A stretch of DNA of 64,000 nucleotides. It comes from Lingula anatina (lineage: Eukaryota; Animalia; Brachiopoda). Of this stretch, positions 54,546-64,000 are shown in pieces. The stretch spans positions 24,614,001 through 24,678,000 of the forward strand of contig CM120642.1 of NCBI GenBank assembly GCA_051362555.1. The letters run 5' to 3'. How positions within the stretch are numbered: the first letter of the stretch is position 1; the number at the start of each line of letters is the position of its first letter. Under the pieces are notes generated by a model. The model worked only from the letters and a program-made list of their open reading frames with translations, had not been told where the DNA came from and did not search any database. The position numbers were made by a program, and so were the translations under genes.

Positions 54546-57500
54546 AATTTTCATGTTTAGTTACTAATTATTTATCAGAAATGTTAAAAAACCTCTATGA
54601 TGCTTTAAAATGTCATACATAACCAGGGATTTCGTTTTTTATTTTACTCAGTCTAATAATGACCAGTGTCTGCACATACATTCTATGTGCTCCCTCTTGC
54701 CAAACAGTTTCAACAACTAAACTTACCTTATGCCCTAGCAAACGCATTTCAATTTACCATTGAAGCATTTGTAAAGATTTCTCGTTGTGGTCTGCTTTAA
54801 GATGTATTCTATGCTCTTATGTACTGGGTACGTGTTATTTTCCTTGGGCAGCAGAATTATTCAGATATGTAAATAACCGCCAGGAGAGGCAAGGGGAATA
54901 TAGAGTGAAGTGAATATATCTCGGAAACGATGTCAGACAGGATAACAGCTTGATTCCAGCCAGGGGCGAATTCAAGGAGCAGTTGTTAGGGTATTGATTG
55001 TCGCCAAGGTGCCATTTGGTATTGGATAAGGTGATATAGCGAACAAACGAGAAGTCGTAAGCTAACGAAGGCTTTGTAAAATAGGCCAGTTTAATGTCAT
55101 CACATCATCATTATATATAACGCTAGGGTGTGATGGGAATGATTTTCAAAATGATTTTCTGTCGTTGTATATACGCGCATGTGCTTTATTCTTAAATCGC
55201 GTTTTTCTAATCCTACAAGAAACTGTAAAAGTTTAAAAGTCAAGAAACATAATTTTACATTATCTAAAATTTCATATTTCCACTGAACTATGTGCTTCCT
55301 TTTTTCCTCTCTCTCTCTAAGTCTTGGCATGTTGTCACTTTTTACATAATCTAAGATTTCAGATTTCCACTGAATTACGTGCTTCTTTTTCCCCTCCCCA
55401 GTAAGTATCTGCGTGAGATCACTATCCGTAAACAGGTGGGAAACCGTGAGCATTTAATTAAGCCAGTTGTGTGAAGGCAAGGCGTGCTTAGGTCTTCCAT
55501 TTGAATTATTCGTCTTATTTATTGTACATAAATGTTAATGGAGGTATTGCGGATCTTGTTTACGTGAAAATGCATTCATATTTTTTAAATCAGTATAATA
55601 GGCATTTGTATAAATAACCACGATTTGTTATCGCACCCCTTCCCCTATCCTGACGCGCTCACACGCTCAAAAACGGCGTGGAATGCTAATGCTAATGAAA
55701 ACACAACAGCACAACCTAATAATAACAGTATCCTAATTTGAACAGAGTTGCCATTCACTTTAAAAACGTGTTATCAGAACCGTACAGTTTAAATCCTTTT
55801 AATAAGTCTTTGAATTGAAAAGGTTTGAAGTTGATATTTTTGTACTCAAAATACAGCTGAAAATAAAATCTGACAAATATGAAAACATAATTTGGAATAT
55901 TTACCCAATGTGAACACCACATCCCTTTCATTCGTTGTTTTTTTATAATATCCTACATAATTAGGCGTTTTCACATTAGATGTTTTAATTAGACGTTCTT
56001 AGATTAAATGTTTTATTATTCTTAAAAGAATAAAAGAAACGTAAAAATAAGGGGATGATAATTCATTTTAAAATGACATATTTGATATAAGGAGGTTTCG
56101 TTCTCATAAATGACAAAATAATCGCACTAGATTCCGATGTTGTGAAAATATATGTAATCTAAATGACACTTCAGGAATTTACGCCAGGATATATTATGGC
56201 ACAGGATATTTAAATAACAAAACTGGGTGTAAATATGCAACCAAAAGAACGTGCTTCCCTTTCATTCATTTCTATTAATATTTCTTTTGCTTTAAGAAGA
56301 ATGAGTCTATGATGAAAGTTAATGATGAACGGTGGGCTGACTTTAAAATAGGCGTCTTTTGTAATCAGCTTGGAATAAATAATCAAGAGATTCCAGTATG
56401 GTTCATGAAAAAAAAATCTCGCTTTTAGGCCAGACAAAATTGATAACGGCTTCTATCTGTTAACAAGTATAAAATTTGTTTTTGTATATTAAAAGGATAA
56501 AAAAATGTTCGTATGATATTCATATTTCACAATAAAAACATTGTAAACAACTTAGAATATGTAATAAATTCTATTTCACCACTAAAACTGCGGCTATCGC
56601 TATTATTCTGGAATCTGTAGTTGCCATCAGACAACATGGACCATCATACATATGGCTATACCTCCGTAATAATCTCTTAAGAGATTGTTCCAAAAAACCA
56701 AACTTTTAGAAAAAAAAATAGACTAAATGTCAGAACGGATACATTAACCATATGGGATAATCGTCGTTTACCCCAGAAAATCCGCTTTTTCCCAAAACGA
56801 TCAGTTGTTATCCTTTTAACATGAGTTTAACGAGCATTGCTGCTAATAATTGGGGTTGGTCGAGTTCTTTTCTTTAACGGGGAAGAATGTCAAATCAAGT
56901 GTGGGCGATATTTGAGCATAGAAACAACAGCCAACGGTATCAATTTCTCCTGCATAAAAATTCGGTCTCATCAAACCAATTAATTTATTCATTAAAAAAC
57001 AAGTAAAAAATTCCATAAAATTAGAATCGATTGCTCCAGTTAACCAACTTATCAACTTTGTCTGGCCTTACTTGACATTAAGGGCTATTTTTAGTTTTTT
57101 CTTTCATTTGCCCATTATATGCATATTTCAAGCTCATCAAATGTGTCTAGTTAACAACATTAATGGACCTTAATGTTGTGAGCTTGGTTTAAATATTGGA
57201 CAATTACGCAAAACTGAATGTTCTATGTAATTTTATTGCAGAGAATTTTTTACATACTTACAAATGGGAGTACAATATCATGTGGAGTTGGTGATAGTAG
57301 ACAAGATTTTGGCTTACGGGTGGTTGTATATTGTCTTGCACATGAGAATAAAACAAAATGTTTCTGAAATACCTATTCCCTCTCCAGCATAGTGAGAGAT
57401 TTATGGAGAGGACCCATTATTTCAAGCTACAGTCTACCCACACATTTCTGACAAATGCAAAGGTAAACATCTCAAACTAAAATAAAAACACTCCACCAAG

Positions 57501-57559
57501 GCAGTTTATTTCTAATTATTTAAATAAAAATTTTTATTCTAATTAAAGTTGTGAAAGGA

Positions 57560-57712
57560 TCACCAAAGTCCAAGAGATTCTACATCTGCAAATTTCTGAC
57601 CTATCCAGAAAATTTTATCAAAATCTGTCCATAACTTTTTGAGTTACTAGTAGGCTGTTAAATAACAAACCAAGAAAGGAAAAAAACATGGCCTGCTTGG
57701 TGAAAGTAAAAC
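57560..57712. mobile_element. Decayed short HINE/Helentron-like fragment
   Basis: aaaatctgtccataactttttgagtta...aaacaaacc...aaaacatggcctgcttggtgaaagtaa resembles ends of Helentron-derived short elements as I recall them. Not verified. Confidence 0.3.
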
Positions 57713-58413
57713 TCCAGTCCTTGAAGATCGCTTTAATCAACAGTTTAATATCAAATTAGCTTCAAAGTCAACAGAAGTTTTATTATGTTACATTTCTGAT
57801 TTTATTGCAAAATATGATATCTAGGTAAAAAAGTATTACATATCTTGATTTCTTTTCCATTATACACATTCAATTCATTGTGTGTAAACCAACAACATTA
57901 GGGAAAAAATGAATAAGGCAGCAAAGTATTACAGATGAAACGTGTAGAAATAGAGAAAGTTCACTTTCCACATCAGTGAAAGGTTGAGAAAGAAGTGCAA
58001 TCCCTGCTTTGTTCCCTATTCTCGTTCTCAGGTGTGGCAGAATGTCTTCCAAGCTTGGTATCGCAAAATGAATGTCCCTCTGAATATTTGCACTCTGGAC
58101 ATGGAAGCTCTTAGTATTTATAGTAACTCTGATCATGAAAATTCAGTCAAAGGAAGCCGAGGCATTCCAGAGTCACACCAATACATGTTATTGAAACCTT
58201 GTCTTACTCGTATCCACATATTCCCTTTCTTCATTCATCATAATAAAACAACTTAAAATGCAAGTTCTGCCATTGAAAAAAAAAAAAAAAAAAAACTACA
58301 CAGAGGAATTTAAGGAGATAAATTTTTCTATATTCCTTATAAAATCTAGTCCCAAGATATAAATTCAGAGCATAGTGCCCCTCTTTTATCACTCCCACAA
58401 AACCAGTTCAGTG

Positions 58414-61400
58414 CTACAGAATATCTGGTGCCCATACTTTAAATGTCCTGTCATAGGAAGCAGTGGCTATATACTCCATGTTGGGAGATATATCTATACA
58501 CATCACTTTACTTTCATGTGCTGCTAAAGTCTTCAGAGGAGACCAGGACGGATGAGACCACACCTGGAGTATATCAGAATATTACAATATCCGTTAAAAT
58601 ATCCGTTTTATCCGTTAAAATCTAACGGATAAAAGAGATGAGATAAATAGAAAGAAAAATATATTTAATTTGGTCTGCAAAGCTATATTTCTTTTACTTC
58701 ATTGAGAAAATGAATTCAAATTCGCTAAAACATAAACATTTGCACACAAAATATATTATGCAACTTCCACACACATTATTATTCTAGTTTAACAACCACA
58801 GAGTATAATACAATCAGTTTACATTTCATCAACATACCTTTGCTGTATTGTCGTATGAGGCAGTGACCAAATATCTTCCATTGCCAGCTGTAAGGAAATA
58901 TATAATTTTATTGCCTCGACTTCATTAATTATTCTGATTAATTCTTCATGCTTTACTGGGCCTTATATTCAAGATTTGTAAAATGGTGAATCTTCTTGGC
59001 TGCGGTTTGCGTTTGACCATTATCTAATAATTTGAAGATAAAATATGGAAAGTTTCCACAGTACAAATACATCCACACTTACATCCATATCATTTATTGT
59101 TTTTTTTTGACAGCAACTGCAACACTTTTTAACATTACTAATTAATTTCGAAGTGTATACTAGAAAGTATATTTCAAAAAGTTGAACGTCTGAGACAGTC
59201 ACATATTTGTATCAAGGTCTATCTGGTCTCAGACTGACAAAGATTCCAAAATCCTTGTCACATTCATCTCTTGCCATGATATATATAAATGTATCAGACT
59301 TCCAGTCAGCATTTAAAAGCATGTTATTTAATGTTGAGAGGATAGGGTGCACAGACAATGCAAACGTGCAATTATGCATATGAACCCCATTTAGTATATA
59401 TGCATCAATATTATGTGGCTTGAAATCTGACACAGAAAATCAAACTTATACTTAATATGTACAATGAGCAAACTGTTTTCAAATCACAATAACAGACCAA
59501 GAATAGCTGTATCAGTAATGCACACCATGCAATGACCAGAACAAAAACTTACGTTGGAATTTGACCTTGGAGACGAGGTTTGTGTGTGAGGGGATGGTGT
59601 AGACGAGACACCTCTGTCTTATGTCCCAAATTTTACATGTGTTGTCTTCACTTCCTGTGGCAATATGGTAGCTTGAACACAAAAGCAACAAACCATTATG
59701 CGATAAAATGACTTAAGGTGACTGATAGTAAAAGGACCAAAGTCATAGAAACAAAGCCCTGGGCTTATAAGTTTTTATAAAAAATTAAAACAAACTTCCC
59801 AAAAGGCCAATTAAAGACGGGGATTAAGTACAGTGTCCAACAGATGACGCTCTGGCGCCAATTTGAGGGGGAAAATGCCGTTTTCGGTATTGGGATTTTC
59901 TCTATAACCAAGACAGCTATTCGAGTGATTCAAAATGCCTCATAAAGCTGGGTGAAAGCACTACAGCGCGGTACCAGGGAATTGTCTTAACCTATTTACT
60001 TTTGATTTTATCATCTTTTACGTTAAATCAGCCCATATTTCAATGGGTTATTCACTTCAAAAGACGATAACTTTCAAACAAACAATTTCCTCTTAAACCC
60101 TTGATATCATGCTGTAGTCCACATTCCTAACAACAATAGGTGCAACTTTTGTAACGATCGGTTGCTCAGATAGTGAGCTATACTTGGCAGCGATTCACTT
60201 ATCTCGTCAATATAGAAAGCTGTTAAAACAGCCAAAAACGTTCACAGGTTGGTTAACAGGGCTTATTAGTCAAATGCTTAGCTGGCAAATTTACCTGTTA
60301 TCGGTTATACGATCAGATGGAACCATTGCTTATTGTCATCTAAAAATATTTTGTTTGGGTGCTTTGAAGGGGCAGAAAATCGTGCTTTTGTTACATTTTC
60401 CGACCACTCGTTAGGCTTGTAAGCGTGCCGCCATTTTGATTGACAGCTCTGGAGAGGGCCTTAGCCTAGTGATGCCCAGTAGGGTGTCAAGGATATGTAG
60501 AAGGAAGCGCTAACAAAGGCGATTACATTTAACCGCAATTAAGAGGTGTGAAGTTGCATTTGAACGTTTCAATGGCTTTTCCTCGGCAAACAAGTAATTT
60601 GAGAGATTCCTTTTCTGATATCGGCAAAGTGATCAGATAAAACTGTCTGTCGAGAGCAAGTGGCCGTCACTTGTGTTAATAAGAGTTTTTTGACGGGTAA
60701 CGCTGCAGGATTATTTTGCACGGCACTTGGTAATCGTCAGATCAACGGAAAAATCCAGTGATTACTTCAGAGCGGTCTCTCTCAAAATGCCAGCTAAGAT
60801 AAAGGGGAGACGCTCAGCTGCACAAGATTCAGCGGTAAAAGTGGCTGAGAGAAGGTTTTTGAATAAATATTTTATTTTTACACACATGATACTTAGACCC
60901 TATTTGCTTTTTACCTGCTAGTCTTGACTATTTTCGGAGTCTTTTTGTGATTTTCATTTTTGGATACATTTTGAACTCTTTCTTCCCGCTTGATCAGTGA
61001 TTTTGAAATTGCTTTTCTCCAAACATCGCAAAATGCAAAGCCGCTAACATGCATTTTTATTTTTATTGTTTTAATCATGCTGTCAACCCTTGCTTGGATT
61101 TCTCTCGTTTGGCCATTCACATCACAATTTTTCGCGTGTCTCTCAAGCTCCATGATATCATGTCTTGGAGAATAAAATTTCATTTTGTCAACATTAGATT
61201 TACCTTTTGCAAACGGCGACCAACAATCATTTCTGGTTTCGTAACGTGTCGCAGATACGCTCACCAATATATATCGCAAAAATTAAGAGCTAGGCTAAAA
61301 GAATCCTTTTTAGCGTTTTTTTTTTTTTAATTTATTTATCGATTTTTCTTTCATTTGTCAATTAATTTAGGCGATTCGATTAACTCTTTCACCCATTTAT

Positions 61401-63798
61401 TAGGTATACAGAAATCAGTTATCCGACTGAACAAATAGGGCGGGTTTTCCCCAACCGCCACGCACAGGCCCTACTCTCTTTCAAAATTTTCGTTCTTTCC
61501 TCTGGAAATGGACTTTTAACACGAACTTTTCTCTTCCCCATAGTGTACTAGCTAGACTTCTTCGCTGCTAAGCTGATGTAAGACTTATGACCTATTACCG
61601 CACACGTAATCGGCTTATAACTCATTAACTGTGCTCCGACCCCCTCATGGCAACGGCCCTTAGTAACAGAGGCGTGGCTTAGTTGTCAGCCTGACTGGGG
61701 CGCGTGCCGGTTGAAAAACTCATCAAAAGACACATTTTGCGATGCAAATTCATAAAAATTATTACATCCAACGTTAGATACTTATTTGATTAATATAAAC
61801 ACACAAAAAACTCAAAAACATGATTTTAAGCGTATTTAACCCTATCACCGGCCTTAACTTAGCTAAAATATTCTTCTCCAAATGCTTAAGTATTGCGATT
61901 ATGTTGAGAAAAACAAAACTTTTAACCCATGACTTTTAACCATTTGACCTGATAAACAAATTAAAGCTAAATTAGGCTGAAGTCTGAACAAACTGGTAAT
62001 GAAATAAAAAGTCATGTAAAGGTATCAATAAAACAATCTAATCTCACCCATTAGGATTGATGTCAATTCCTAGAACAGACTTGAGATGTCCCTCCATAAA
62101 CATGATACAGCGCCCAGTCCTTAGGTCCCACACACGACCAAAGCCATCCAAACCACTAGAAATTACACAAAAACATAATGTCATTGAATGGACTGGCTGT
62201 TAAAGACACATGATCTGGGCATGTAAAATAAGTTTTTTTCCTCGTAAGAGTTTTAAAGACTGAAAAGAAAGTTAATGTACCTCTAGTAGGTACATTCTTT
62301 TGTAAATCAAAACTAAGAAAATAACTTGGTGCCAAAATTAGGCAGAGATGGAAGACTTTGTGAATGTATATATTTATTGATCCAGAAATGATACAATTTC
62401 ACATTTCCTATCCTATGACTCATTATAGTCTTAACAACAGGGAATTAATATCAAAACTGTACTGTTAAAAGGGAATTCCACACTATCTATATATTTATAT
62501 ATCCATACATTACCCTGTTGCTGCTAAGGATCCATCTCCCTGGAATGCTATGTCATATACAGGTTTACTATGACCCTCTTGGTGTAAAATCTCCTCCTGT
62601 GCCTCTAGATCCCAGAGCCTCCAGGAATTGTCAAAACTGAAATAGAAGTGTTCTTTTTTTCACATTTCTCCATAATCCAATAAGTTGATATAGAATTTGA
62701 AAGGGACATCTCATTTCTCAAGTTGTAACAAATTAATTTGGAACACTGCATCAAATGCATTCTGTCACAGGCTACAGGTGTAAGATCTTTGCTCAATTCT
62801 TAAGTTTTTATGTGTTACTGTAACAAGATTGTGAGAGATTTTTTTTCAGAATTTGTTTTTAAGTTTGTAAAAAATGAGCTGTATATTTGCACATTCTGTC
62901 CTTCAATACTCCCATTCAATATTTAATCACATAAGATTCTTATCTGCATATTAGCCTTAGTTCTTACTGTACCAGGATAGTACATATATGACAACACAGT
63001 AAAAAGCATTTTATCTAAAAACAATCTGTGCTGGACAAGGTTATTTTTTATCACCACCATGGTTACACAACACATATTAATAACGTCACTAGGGTGAAAG
63101 TTGTAAAAACTGAAAATCCTGAAAACGTAGCTTACAATTTCTCATCGCTAAGTGAAAAAACCAAAACCAAAATAAAGACTGAAAGTCCTGAAATCATGCA
63201 CAATCCTGAAAACATTCCTCCATGAAAATAATATGACAAAATCTTACCAACATGTGGCCAGGAACCTCCCTGACGGATGGTATGCCAGTCTGCTCACACG
63301 ATATGGTGCATGTCCTTCTATGTCTGCCACAGGCTCCTCACTGAGGGGAAAAACACAGCATTACTGGTTAAGAATCAGCAAGTATAAAACAACAGTAATT
63401 ATATGAATCACTTTAAGCAAAGTTAGAAACTACAATTTATATGTTAGGCACTTAAAATTATATATAAAAGATTACATTAATGTGTCCTGAGAATGAATAC
63501 AATTAAACTAGCATAGCACTAGGACATATCCCTGTAAGCAACAGACCAGTAAATTATTAGATAATTATTGTAATATAACTTAAATAAAAAGATACCAATT
63601 TCCCCATCACACCTCTCTTTTAATGAAAGGCTTGATTTTTTTAATAACGACATAGCTTTTAATTAAAATCTTACCTTTCTAAATTCCAGAGCTTGACTGT
63701 CCCATCCTGTGCACAGGAGGCCATGCAGCACGCCCTGTTGTCAAGGTTAACTGTGGCCTCTGGGTGGAATACTATTGCTCCAACATTACAGTTGTGAC
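58414..63798 (-). CDS. PRPF4: U4/U6 snRNP protein Prp4 (WD40), last seven coding exons: 63798-63675, 63340-63248, 62636-62514, 62155-62048, 59671-59553, 58887-58838, 58563-58414; the 5' part lies beyond the window
   Basis: Spliced translation [13 protein letters not shown]...[115 protein letters not shown]...[21 protein letters not shown]...[11 protein letters not shown]...[33 protein letters not shown]...[15 protein letters not shown]. The ORF track misses these exons because they are short. Confidence 0.95.
59815..61853. mobile_element. About 2-kb CpG-rich insertion in a PRPF4 intron, probably a non-autonomous Kolobok-like DNA transposon
   Basis: Abrupt CpG-rich block inside a CpG-poor gene, with TTAA on both sides (59811-59814 and 61854-61857) and imperfect terminal inverted repeats agacggggat / atcaccggcc. 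No transposase ORF recognised. Confidence 0.5.
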
Positions 63799-64000
63799 CT
63801 GAAGGGTGCAGTGAAATATAAATATGGTACAATATTCGGGCGATGCCTTACTGGGATAAAAAAATTAACTTGAATATGATTCTTAGTTTTAAATCAGTAG
63901 CAGTATTACTTATTACTTTATAAAACACAGGGTTTGCTATTACTAGTATATCTACAATTAAAACATTTTTCTTACTTCTGAATGTTCTTGTTAAACAGAT

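Noticed and set aside
55254-55395. Two diverged direct copies of about 50 bp
   Set aside because: It looks like an ordinary local duplication with no further structure.

Overview
AT-rich, intron-containing animal genomic DNA, probably from a lophotrochozoan or mollusc-like invertebrate (inferred from the gene set, repeat types and mosaic CpG depletion). It holds six spliced genes, reconstructed by hand from GT-AG boundaries and reading-frame phase: the 3' end of NDOR1 (+), a complete RABGAP1/GAPCenA (-; 22 core coding exons plus 2 optional symmetric exons), an alpha-tubulin (+) head-to-head with RABGAP1, a TPR + split SET/MYND + second MYND SMYD-like gene (-), a GT11 alpha-1,2-fucosyltransferase (-) and the 3' part of PRPF4 (-). 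The introns and intergenic DNA carry many non-autonomous mobile elements: two Helentron/HINE-like elements with 146-bp satellite arrays, Harbinger-type and foldback MITEs with target-site duplications, a Penelope-like fragment with a decayed hammerhead motif and a probable Kolobok-like insertion. Three observations stand out. (1) Most 146-bp satellite units carry a near-ideal composite nuclear-receptor element (AAAGT-AGGTCA-A-AGGTCA-N6-AGGTCA). (2) A 57-bp in-frame minisatellite has multiplied a RABGAP1 splice donor five times, with stop-containing units between donors. (3) A diverged duplicate of the NDOR1 terminal exon end lies upstream of the functional one. All coordinates were counted by eye and may be off by a few bases; no database searches were run.
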